A DNA stretch of 42,989 nt, from NCBI GenBank assembly GCA_026014515.1, contig JAOZIG010000039.1, positions 1 to 42,989 on the forward strand, given 5' to 3'. This document shows positions 27,529-35,734 of this stretch, one piece after another. The translations under genes were made by a program, and so were the position numbers. The notes beneath the pieces were generated by a model. It saw only the letters and a program-made list of their open reading frames with translations. It was not told the origin of the DNA and ran no database searches. Position 1 is the stretch's first letter. Every line of letters begins with the position of its first letter. Source of the stretch: Candidatus Bathyarchaeota archaeon (GTDB taxonomy: Archaea > Thermoproteota > Bathyarchaeia > TCS64).

Positions 27529-29247
27529 ATGACACAAGTGATACGCAAAGGGGTCTCGACTTGGCTCAAAATAAATGCCTTAGCTATTCTAGTTGGTATA
27601 GTGGGCGGTTTAGGTTCAATAGTATTCAGACAGATGATAGGATTCTTTCAGTACATATTCTTCGATGTGCTGCTGCCTAGAGTCACATACATGGTGGGTG
27701 GCTATAACATTGGAGTAATATTGCTCCCAACTATAGGTGCCCTCATAGTTGGACCAATAGTAAACAAGGTCGCCCCAGAAACTAAGGGGCACGGTGTACC
27801 AGAAGTCATAGAAGCTGTAGCCATAAACGAGGGCGTCATACGCACAAGAGTAGCCGCCGTCAAGATACTGGTATCAAGCCTCACCATCGGCTCTGGAGGC
27901 AGCGTTGGACGAGAAGGCCCAATAGCCCAGATAGGCAGTAGCTTCGGCTCAGCACTCGGACAATGGTTCCATCTCGATGAATCCTATCGTAAACTGCTTG
28001 TGGTTTGTGGTCTCAGTTCAGGTATCTCTGGGACTTTTATGGCGCCACTCGGAGGAGCCATCTTCGGGATCGAGGTAATCTACGGAGGAATAGCTCCCTA
28101 TGATGTGATTCCTGTTTTCCTCTCATCAGTTGTGGGTTTCTTTGTGACGGCTGAGGTATTTGGACTAGCCCCAGCTTTCGTATTACCCACGTATCGCTTC
28201 ACAAACCCATTGGAGCTTGGATACTTTGTACCCATAGGTATACTATTCGGTTTACTCAGTATTGTCTGGACTCGTGGATTATACAGGTTTGAGGATTTCT
28301 TTGACGCACTATCAATCCCTGAATGGTTCAAGCCAAGCATCGGAGGATTTCTAACAGGCATTCTAGGTATGTTCTTCCTCTCCTATGGAATCCTCGGCAC
28401 CGGATACGAAGGATTAGAGATGGCAATAGCCGGAGAACTATCACTGAAACTCCTACTGATCCTTGGAATAGTCAAACTGGTAGCAACAAGTCTCACCGTT
28501 GGGAGTGGAAGTAGTGGAGGGATTTTTGCTCCAAGCCTCTATATTGGTGGAATGTTTGGAGGAGCACTTGGCTTGTTAATGATGGGGATGCCCTTCGCCG
28601 CATCTGAGCCCTTTGTTTACAGTCTAATTGGTATGGCGGCTTTATTCACTGGCGCAGCACGAGCACCCTTGACCTGTATCGTTATGTTACCTGAGATGAG
28701 TGAGAATTATTACCTGTTCCCACCGTTGATGCTTGCTTGTGCCTCAAGCTACTTCATCAGTATGCTGCTCATGAGAGACAGCATATACACAATCAAACTC
28801 AAACGCAGAGGTATCAACGTGGACAAACCCATTAGCCCACTGCATCTTGTCCATGTATCAGATGTGATGACGCCAATCGGGGACGTAGTATCCGTGAAGC
28901 CCGATACGCCACTCAGTGTTGTGAATTTCATTATGTGGGAGACTGAGCATACAGCGTTCCCTGTAATTGATGAGAACCATTACTATGGGATGCTAACCTT
29001 TGAGATAATGACTCATATTCCAGAGGAAAAACGTGAAACTCACAAAGCAAAGGACGCCGCGGATAAAACCATACCCATTGTAAGGCTTGATGATAACCTG
29101 TACTCTGTTATGGAGAAGATTAGCGACCATGACTGCGAGATACTGCCCGTCTTGGATGAAAACGAGGTAATACAGGGTTTAATCAGCGACAGCGATGTAC
29201 TGCACGCCTTCAGTATCGGAGAGAAAAAGATGAACCTCTTCAACTAA
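27529..29247 (+). CDS. ClC-family chloride channel/transporter with C-terminal CBS pair
   Basis: GSGGSVGREGP, GISGTFMAPLGG and GIFAPSLYIGG selectivity-filter-type motifs, plus two C-terminal CBS-like repeats. ATG 27529 is preferred over GTG 27463. Confidence 0.88.
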   Translation: MTQVIRKGVSTWLKINALAILVGIVGGLGSIVFRQMIGFFQYIFFDVLLPRVTYMVGGYNIGVILLPTIGALIVGPIVNKVAPETKGHGVPEVIEAVAINEGVIRTRVAAVKILVSSLTIGSGGSVGREGPIAQIGSSFGSALGQWFHLDESYRKLLVVCGLSSGISGTFMAPLGGAIFGIEVIYGGIAPYDVIPVFLSSVVGFFVTAEVFGLAPAFVLPTYRFTNPLELGYFVPIGILFGLLSIVWTRGLYRFEDFFDALSIPEWFKPSIGGFLTGILGMFFLSYGILGTGYEGLEMAIAGELSLKLLLILGIVKLVATSLTVGSGSSGGIFAPSLYIGGMFGGALGLLMMGMPFAASEPFVYSLIGMAALFTGAARAPLTCIVMLPEMSENYYLFPPLMLACASSYFISMLLMRDSIYTIKLKRRGINVDKPISPLHLVHVSDVMTPIGDVVSVKPDTPLSVVNFIMWETEHTAFPVIDENHYYGMLTFEIMTHIPEEKRETHKAKDAADKTIPIVRLDDNLYSVMEKISDHDCEILPVLDENEVIQGLISDSDVLHAFSIGEKKMNLFN

Positions 29248-29710
29248 CCAAATTTTTCCTGTTGAGATTCTTTCCACAGTGATGACAGGTATTTTCATAC
29301 CAAGAATAGGGTTCACCACATGAAGGGCACCGCCAATGTTTCTCCTGTTCCGCTAGATACTTGGTCTGGTCTGCCATCATCCATATCATGTTCTGTCTGA
29401 TGTTCTCGCCTCGCTCAGAGCAGAAATCCTCCATACTCCTGTATCTTTCGCAGCTATAGTCCCAGAAAGAGTCACACTGGTAACAATAATCCAATCCCTT
29501 CTCCTCAAGACACTTCCAAGGCCAACACTTGCGGCACTTGGGCCACTTTTCCTCCTCTGGCGCGAAACAACCATTACACTTGACCATATCAAGCTCTACT
29601 TTCTGCTCCTTAGCCACTTCTCTAAGAAAATCTCCACAGTCTCTTTCAGCCCTATAGACATAGCATGCTCCGCAGTAGATGCCGCAACGTGATAACAGGT
29701 TTTGGTTCAC
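29240..29710 (-). CDS. DUF3795-like Cys-rich (zinc/Fe-S binding) protein
   Basis: N-terminal CGIYCGACYVY, many CxxC pairs, and a C-terminal zinc ribbon CPSCG...CHHCG. GTG start. Confidence 0.6.
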   Translation of the reverse strand: MNQNLLSRCGIYCGACYVYRAERDCGDFLREVAKEQKVELDMVKCNGCFAPEEEKWPKCRKCWPWKCLEEKGLDYCYQCDSFWDYSCERYRSMEDFCSERGENIRQNMIWMMADQTKYLAEQEKHWRCPSCGEPYSWYENTCHHCGKNLNRKNLVS

Positions 29711-29778
29711 GCAGAATATGCATTGCTGTTTAGCTATAATGTTTTGTAAAAAATGGATATGGAAAGATAGTATCGCTG

Positions 29779-30918
29779 TTAGTAGCTCTTGGGCTCAGGG
29801 TCACGTATCAGGCTACCCGCAGTACAGTGGATACTTCCACTGTTCTTGGGGCGAACCAGCGTCGCAACATCTACCTCGACTACCTCGATGCCGATGCTCT
29901 CAAACCACTTTGTCGCCTTAGGGTTTCCCTCGTTCACCATGATCTTTCTTGGCTCAAGCACTACTCCTGTGTTTGGGGCTCGCTTCACGTATGGGTTTCT
30001 TGGGTCCCGTGTATGCACCTTGACACAGACTTCCTCTGGTGGGTCGATGAACTCCCAGTTCATCTCAGCCTCCATCCACTTCTTCAGGTATGGGTCTACA
30101 TCCCTTGGGTCTTGTACCGTGGTGTGTCGATCAACTAGGCTGTAGTGGCTTACTGCTACCCTTGATCCGTAACCGGGTTGGATGCGTATATCGACCTCTG
30201 GGTCTTGGGCTTTGATGATGTTTGCGAACTGGATGTGTCCGGACTCGTTTGCCCTCATTAACTCGGGTTCCTGACTGTTGCTTCTTGGGAAATGTACGCC
30301 TATGATGAGGTGTTTCTCATCCATCCAGCCTATGCTTCCGCCCTCTGCCATGCCCTTGTCCATGATCATGCCTACTACTGGGCAGCCTAGCTCTGCTAGT
30401 GTCTGGTAGGTATATTTTTCCTCGCCTTTTCTCATCCAGTCATACATCCTGAGGATGATCTGACCATAGACCCCAGCGTGACAGACATCATCAGTGTAAA
30501 CAGCCTTCACCTGATACGGGGGGTCGTTGTCCTCTGGCTTACGGATAACCACCTCGACGCCCTCCGCTTTATACGCGTCAACTAGGTTTAGGTGGTCCTC
30601 AACAAGCTCATCAAGTGGAATCTTGGACGCCATCCTCCATGCAGGAAGGTGGCTCTCATAAGGTGGGAAGGGTGTCTTCTGTCCAATGGTCTCAAACTCT
30701 GGTCCGGGTCTATGGAGTAACACCATGCGTAATTTTCCTACGTTGGTGTTTGCCTTCCATTTTCGTCCCCAGACCTTCTCCATCTCGTCCCCGAAGTTGC
30801 TCAGAACCTGCGGGTGATACTCAATATACTGTTCCCGTAGGCTGTAGCCGGTGTTTTTCTTGAACTCGTCGTCATCTACCGCCATCTCAGCCTGGAACTC
30901 GCCTTCACTAAGTGCCAT
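29779..30918 (-). CDS. amidinotransferase / arginine-deiminase-superfamily (guanidino-group modifying) enzyme
   Basis: 379 aa with C-terminal NSGSIHCTAGSLIR (catalytic His-Cys pattern of the superfamily). Confidence 0.55.
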   Translation of the reverse strand: MALSEGEFQAEMAVDDDEFKKNTGYSLREQYIEYHPQVLSNFGDEMEKVWGRKWKANTNVGKLRMVLLHRPGPEFETIGQKTPFPPYESHLPAWRMASKIPLDELVEDHLNLVDAYKAEGVEVVIRKPEDNDPPYQVKAVYTDDVCHAGVYGQIILRMYDWMRKGEEKYTYQTLAELGCPVVGMIMDKGMAEGGSIGWMDEKHLIIGVHFPRSNSQEPELMRANESGHIQFANIIKAQDPEVDIRIQPGYGSRVAVSHYSLVDRHTTVQDPRDVDPYLKKWMEAEMNWEFIDPPEEVCVKVHTRDPRNPYVKRAPNTGVVLEPRKIMVNEGNPKATKWFESIGIEVVEVDVATLVRPKNSGSIHCTAGSLIRDPEPKSY

Positions 30919-30966
30919 AAAATCAAGAACTGATACACGTTTCTCGTATTAATTATCTTGGGGCGT

Positions 30967-32148
30967 TTACTCGTGTCTGAGTGCCTCAACAGGGTTCATG
31001 TTTGACGCTCTCCAAGCTGGGTGTAATCCGCTTAGAACACAGGTTATCATGGCGAATCCTACTATGAGTACGCCTAGGGTTGGTGATGTGGCGCTTGGGA
31101 CTTCAGTGAAGTGGCTTATGATGTAACTGAGACCGAATCCTACAAGGGCTCCTATGATGCCTCCTACTACTCCGGTGAGTATGGCTTCGCTCATTACCAT
31201 CTTCATGATATCCATGCTTTTTGCGCCCAGTGCTTTCATGGTACCTATCTCTTTTGTGCGTTCCATGATGCTGACTGTCATGGTGTTGATTATTCCGACT
31301 CCGGCGACGATGAGGCTTAGTCCGGCTATTCCGCCTAGAACCGCGTTCATGGTGTTCAGTACGCTGTTGAGGTTCTCCATACTCATATCCATGGTCCAGA
31401 CATTCACGTAGCCAAGCGTCTCCTCGATGGCTTCGGCTACCTCTGGTACTTGGTTGATCTCAAATGTGCATAGCTTGATCAGGTGGATAACTCCTTCAGT
31501 CTCGTACATCTGCTCAAATGAAGACATGGGAATATACATGCTGGCGCTGGATTGGCTGCCTATTCCTGATGCCGAGTCGGTGATTATCCCAACGATTCTG
31601 AACGTGTATTGATGCTCTTCTCCGCCTCTCATGTAGGTGACAGTGAGGCGATCACCAATCTCATAGAGAGGCTCATCGACACCAAAAGGCTGGACCAATG
31701 CCTTGGTAACTACCGCGACGCCCTTATCGTTTCGTGTGAAGTATCTTCCTTCAAGCAGTTCCCAAGCGCCTGATATCAGGAAATACTGCTCGGATACGCC
31801 AGTCACACTCGTATAGTAAAACTGACCCTGAACCTTGTACGCACATGTGCCGCCAAAATTCATGGGGGTCACGTTTTCAACGCCATCAATGGACTCAATT
31901 ATCCTCATATCTCGCCAGTCAAGCTGAACCGGTGTCCTGTAGCCCTCGTTGGAGGAATAGACGTTGATCACGTTTGGACCGAAACCCATTATCTGGTCAG
32001 AGATATCCTGTCTCATACCATCAGTAACACTGATGAGACCACCTACAGCCGCACATCCTATGAGGATTCCAACAAGGTTCAGGAGGAATCTGAGCTTCTT
32101 GTCAGTGGCGGTACTGAAGCTGATACGCACTACATCATCAAGCCTCAC
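30967..32148 (-). CDS. ABC transporter permease, MacB/FtsX-type (paralog 2)
   Basis: N-terminal TM (KLRFLLNLVGILIGCAAV), a large extracytoplasmic domain, and a C-terminal FtsX 3-TM bundle with ERTKEIGTMKALGA and PAWRASNMNPVEALRHE. Confidence 0.85.
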   Translation of the reverse strand: MRLDDVVRISFSTATDKKLRFLLNLVGILIGCAAVGGLISVTDGMRQDISDQIMGFGPNVINVYSSNEGYRTPVQLDWRDMRIIESIDGVENVTPMNFGGTCAYKVQGQFYYTSVTGVSEQYFLISGAWELLEGRYFTRNDKGVAVVTKALVQPFGVDEPLYEIGDRLTVTYMRGGEEHQYTFRIVGIITDSASGIGSQSSASMYIPMSSFEQMYETEGVIHLIKLCTFEINQVPEVAEAIEETLGYVNVWTMDMSMENLNSVLNTMNAVLGGIAGLSLIVAGVGIINTMTVSIMERTKEIGTMKALGAKSMDIMKMVMSEAILTGVVGGIIGALVGFGLSYIISHFTEVPSATSPTLGVLIVGFAMITCVLSGLHPAWRASNMNPVEALRHE

Positions 32149-32166
32149 TTGATATCCCTCCTACTC

Positions 32167-33345
32167 TCACTCATCGCGCAGAGCCTCCACAGGATTCAGA
32201 TTAGACGCCCTCCAAGCAGGATAAACACCAGAGATAACACACGTGATAATGGCGAAGAAAGTGACTGTAATCCCCAGATCAAAGGTGATCTGAGGCGGAA
32301 GTCCGATGTAACCTCCAATTACCGTGCTGAGCAAGAACCCGACACCTGCGCCAAGTCCTCCACCTACAAGTCCTGTTACCATTGATTCGCTGATGAAGAG
32401 GAAGAGTACGTCTTTGTTGGTGGCTCCGATTGCTTTCATTACTCCTATCTCGCGGGTTCGTTCCATGACGCTGATGGTCATGGTGTTGATAATGGTGACC
32501 CCTGCAACGATCAGGCTTATTGCGGCGATTCCACCGAGTACAGCATTGATTGTGCCTATTAATTGGTCTACTTCCTCCATGATCATGTCCATGGAGTAGT
32601 AGCCGATGTCATCAAACTCCTCATCGATATACTGCTTGATTCCCGTTACATCCTCAAGGGTCTCGGCTTTGAGGTCAATTGCCACGTATTTTCCATTCAT
32701 ATCATAGATTTGCTCATAGTAGCTCAGTGGAATGATTATGAGGTCATCAATGCCTGTTGTTGCGATCCCTGAGGTCAGCTTTATTATTCCAATTATTCGT
32801 ACAGAGTATTCAAGGGTCTCACCATTTACCACCGAGGTGAGCCTGATCCTGTCACCTACACTGTATCGTTGCTCGTCATCAACATTCCACACATTACTCC
32901 CAAGTAGAGCCACACCATAATCGCTGTTCTCGAATAATCGTCCGTCCTCAAGCTCGTTCTCACCGCCATGGACGATGAAGTAATTTGTGTCAACCCCAGC
33001 GACTTGGTTACGCTGAACCTCACCCCTATAATCATATGTAACATAGCTTCCAGCCATAACCGGCGCAGCAGCCTCTACACCGGGGATATTTCTCAGCTTA
33101 CTCAGATCCCTCCAGTCGAGAACATTGAAAGCCTCGTCCCCACCGGCTACAGGGAAGACCTGTATTGTGTTTGTACCAAATATCGATATATCATCAACTA
33201 TACTGGTCCTCATACCGCCTGTCATAGAGATGATCCCAGTAACAGCGGCACACCCAATAATTATACCAATAAGGTTGAGGCTGAACCTGAGTTTCCTCTC
33301 AGATATCCCCTCCACGGACATGGCAGCGAAATCCAGTATGTTCAT
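32167..33345 (-). CDS. ABC transporter permease, MacB/FtsX-type (paralog 1)
   Basis: Same architecture as 30967..32148 (KLRFSLNLIGIIIGCAAV, ERTREIGVMKAIGA, PAWRASNLNPVEALRDE). 18 nt upstream of its paralog. Confidence 0.85.
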   Translation of the reverse strand: MNILDFAAMSVEGISERKLRFSLNLIGIIIGCAAVTGIISMTGGMRTSIVDDISIFGTNTIQVFPVAGGDEAFNVLDWRDLSKLRNIPGVEAAAPVMAGSYVTYDYRGEVQRNQVAGVDTNYFIVHGGENELEDGRLFENSDYGVALLGSNVWNVDDEQRYSVGDRIRLTSVVNGETLEYSVRIIGIIKLTSGIATTGIDDLIIIPLSYYEQIYDMNGKYVAIDLKAETLEDVTGIKQYIDEEFDDIGYYSMDMIMEEVDQLIGTINAVLGGIAAISLIVAGVTIINTMTISVMERTREIGVMKAIGATNKDVLFLFISESMVTGLVGGGLGAGVGFLLSTVIGGYIGLPPQITFDLGITVTFFAIITCVISGVYPAWRASNLNPVEALRDE

Positions 33346-33473
33346 CGATTATCTCCCTAAGTGTAATTACATGCCTAATCTAATGTCTCTAGTATTGGAT
33401 TCTGATTGAACCTGCATTGATTTCTTCTCTCTCACTTGACGCATCATATCAGTAATTCATGAGAATCGGTTTA

Positions 33474-33508
33474 GGTTATAAACGGTTTTTCAGGATTATT
33501 ACCTAATT
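33474..33508. promoter_or_regulatory. 35-nt TATA-containing module, copy 1
   Basis: GGTTATAAACGGTTTTTCAGGATTATTACCTAATT is 32/35 identical to 33818-33852. The TTATAA core is palindromic, so direction is unresolved. Confidence 0.5.
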
Positions 33509-33547
33509 AATTCATAATCCATACGCGAACCCGTATCAATTATTGAG

Positions 33548-33770
33548 GGGTCTGGTGCCCCGATGGGAGCCCAAAAAGGGGGTTGCTGGTCGGAAGGAAG
33601 AGAGAGGGTCTACGCATGGATTCTCTTCAATGACGGGCTCCAGATCGGGGCAGTCAGCATGATTAGTAGCCGAGTCCTGCATCATTGGCTACTGGGTGTG
33701 GCTTTAACGGGTACTCAAGTACCTTCATCAAAGCCTTGAGGGCTTGTGTGAGTTCTGATTCCTTTTTTTC
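33548..33770 (+). ncRNA. candidate structured RNA of unknown family (alternatively sORF-coding)
   Basis: No ORF of 60 aa or more. A nested 9+7+7 bp hairpin (33556-33652) and three further 5-7 bp hairpins are followed by a T7 run (33763-33769). It lies between the two 35-nt module copies. Strand is inferred only from the T-run. Confidence 0.3.
33763..33769 (+). terminator. oligo-T (T7) tract, possible archaeal terminator
   Basis: cc-TTTTTTT-c directly after the last hairpins of the structured segment. Confidence 0.25.
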
Positions 33771-33817
33771 TTGGGGTTCTTCGGTTGTCATCTTGACGGT
33801 TGAGAGACCCGCGTTTT

Positions 33818-33852
33818 GGTTATAAACACTTTTTCAAGATTATTACCTAATT
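33818..33852. promoter_or_regulatory. 35-nt TATA-containing module, copy 2
   Basis: GGTTATAAACACTTTTTCAAGATTATTACCTAATT, in direct orientation 344 nt from copy 1. Confidence 0.5.
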
Positions 33853-33895
33853 TGATCCAAATCAATACCTAGTCTTACAGTATCCAAAAGGAGTA

Positions 33896-33905
33896 GGTTT
33901 TAAAC
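33896..33905 (+). promoter_or_regulatory. TATA-like GGTTTTAAAC, probable promoter of the wHTH gene
   Basis: Shares the GGTTWTAAAC head of the 35-nt modules. About 40 nt upstream of ATG 33943. Confidence 0.35.
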
Positions 33906-33942
33906 GCTCATCTACAAGAATATCCGTAAGCTGGTCTATCGC

Positions 33943-34263
33943 ATGGCTCAACGGAACCGTTACACCAAACACGTCATACAGTGGCTCATAGCCGGGTCAC
34001 GTGGCGGTGTAAACAGGGGCAAGATACTTGAGACCCTCCGTCAGGAACCCATGAACGCGAACCAGCTTGGTGAGGCCATTGGCGTCGATTACCGTACCAT
34101 TAGACATCATCTGGAGATCCTTGAGAAGAACGGGATGATCACCAGTATGGGTCCTAGGTATGGTACCATGTACTTCATATCCGCTAACCTTGAGGATGCT
34201 TGGGCGGATTTTGAAGAGATTTGGAACAGAATTGGAACAAACAATAATAGTGATGGTGATTAG
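33943..34263 (+). CDS. small wHTH transcriptional regulator (ArsR-like)
   Basis: 106 aa. NANQLGEAIGVDYRTIRHHLEILEKNGMI is a typical ArsR/archaeal wHTH recognition region. Confidence 0.7.
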   Translation: MAQRNRYTKHVIQWLIAGSRGGVNRGKILETLRQEPMNANQLGEAIGVDYRTIRHHLEILEKNGMITSMGPRYGTMYFISANLEDAWADFEEIWNRIGTNNNSDGD

Positions 34264-34273
34264 CAAGGTGCAG

Positions 34274-34756
34274 ATGAACAGGAAACAACAGATAGCTCTC
34301 CTCATAATCGGGGCTTACTTCGTGGTCAGCGTAGCTGCGAACCTAGACCAGATAATGATTAGTGAGGATGAGATTCTCTTCCAGTTGCTTAACGATGAGC
34401 GTATACTGATTGACCCTGATCTAGGGAGTCTTGATGAGGAGAACCTAAGCCTCCTGAGCCGCCAGATCACAAGCTATGTGCAGGGCAAGATACTGATCTC
34501 AGCCGTCAACACCATACTGTTGGTTTACCTGTTCGCCAACTACCTAGACATGTATCGTACCACCAAGAGCAGCTTCACCCTAGGACTCGTATTCCTCAGC
34601 GCAGCTCTCCTCAGCTATAGCCTATTCACAAACCCCATGCTATTGAGCATCACCAGTGGCAACGGAGGACTCCAGATAGTCCAGTACTTCAACTTCCTAC
34701 CCGACCTCTTGACCACCATGGCGTCAACGATACTCATCTACCTGAGCCGACAATAG
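34274..34756 (+). CDS. hypothetical membrane protein co-transcribed with the wHTH regulator
   Basis: About 160 aa with roughly 4 TM (ALLIIGAYFVVSV, ILISAVNTILLVYLFANYL, LGLVFLSAALLSYSLF, LLTTMASTILIYL). Alternative ATG 34253 overlaps the regulator stop. The track start 34160 is inside the regulator gene. Confidence 0.5.
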   Translation: MNRKQQIALLIIGAYFVVSVAANLDQIMISEDEILFQLLNDERILIDPDLGSLDEENLSLLSRQITSYVQGKILISAVNTILLVYLFANYLDMYRTTKSSFTLGLVFLSAALLSYSLFTNPMLLSITSGNGGLQIVQYFNFLPDLLTTMASTILIYLSRQ

Positions 34757-35230
34757 CTATATTTCGGCTATCTCAGCCATCTGTACGTATTTTGGTTCAG
34801 TCAGTATCTCGTTTACTCTGGTTCTTAGACTGATTATCTGGTCCATGGTGAGCCGTTTTAGATGTCCGTCGTATATCTTGTGACCCTTGGGGAACAAGGC
34901 GATGTGGTGTCCCCTGATCTGGTGAGTCTGTTCGTGGGCTCGACCCATGAAGTGAAGATGCATCTTGGCTCCACCGGGTGAATCGACGCCCCAGTTACCG
35001 AGGTCTTCATAGTTCATCCGTTCGATGCCTAGTACATCATACATGGCTTTGCCTACTGCCATGCTTATTCGCATAAAGTCTATGGCTTCCTCAAATGTTA
35101 GGTCTGATCTGTCTGTGACTTGATCTTTTTTGATTAGTATTAGGTGTCCGCCGTCGTCTCTGCAGTTGAGGGGTGAGTCCGGGTTGATCACCTTGTAGTA
35201 TTTATCTTCATATACAGTGTCTTTGTCCAC
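34757..35230 (-). CDS. HIT-superfamily-like protein (divergent histidine triad)
   Basis: GGHLILIKK ... NYEDLGNW...GGAKMHLHFMGRA resembles the HIT layout (substrate loop plus HxHxx). GTG start. Weak assignment. Confidence 0.4.
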   Translation of the reverse strand: MDKDTVYEDKYYKVINPDSPLNCRDDGGHLILIKKDQVTDRSDLTFEEAIDFMRISMAVGKAMYDVLGIERMNYEDLGNWGVDSPGGAKMHLHFMGRAHEQTHQIRGHHIALFPKGHKIYDGHLKRLTMDQIISLRTRVNEILTEPKYVQMAEIAEI

Positions 35231-35310
35231 TGTGTTTCACACCTTGACTTCGATGGATTCTGTATAAAACGTCATCGAGTTTATCTATTAGATAACACTG
35301 AAAATATGTA

Positions 35311-35697
35311 ATGGTACAAATATGTCCAAGCTGTAGACGAACAATATCCGAGGAAGCAACAATGTGTCCTCATTGTGGAGCCCAGCTTGAATCCGAGGTA
35401 AAATGTCCCTTCTGTAACATACTCATCGATTCCAAGAACACCATATGCCCCCACTGCGGTGAGCTATTGATCTACGAGTACCCGAAACAGGTTACGGCTA
35501 AACGGAACGCTGTCTTGTTTCCATTGGGGTTATTGTTGTTGTTCTCGATGGCTGGTTACTGGTATCTGAACTGGAAGGGCATAATCAGCACAAATAACAT
35601 ATTCAATATCGGCTTCGTAGCCCTATGGCTACTGGGCTTTGTCCTCTATGGCGCGTATATGGGGAAAGGCGACAAGGATTTCTGGTTTGGCAAGTAG
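35311..35697 (+). CDS. double zinc-ribbon membrane protein
   Basis: CPSC...CPHCG and CPFC...CPHCG ribbons, then two TM helices. Confidence 0.6.
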   Translation: MVQICPSCRRTISEEATMCPHCGAQLESEVKCPFCNILIDSKNTICPHCGELLIYEYPKQVTAKRNAVLFPLGLLLLFSMAGYWYLNWKGIISTNNIFNIGFVALWLLGFVLYGAYMGKGDKDFWFGK

Positions 35698-35734
35698 CCG
35701 TCCCGGTGTTAAATAATACCAAAGTGATATTCTT

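Noticed and set aside
33548-33812. Identification of the structured segment as SRP (7S) RNA, RNase P RNA or a riboswitch.
   Set aside because: The size is SRP-like and GGTCGGAAGGAAG vaguely recalls the helix-8 GGUCCGGAAGGAAGCAGC. However, the local pairing does not form the GGAA tetraloop helix, there is no Alu-domain UGUAAC-type motif, and there are no RNase P CR-I/CR-V blocks (GAGGAAAGUCC, ACAGAAA). I left it as an unknown family.
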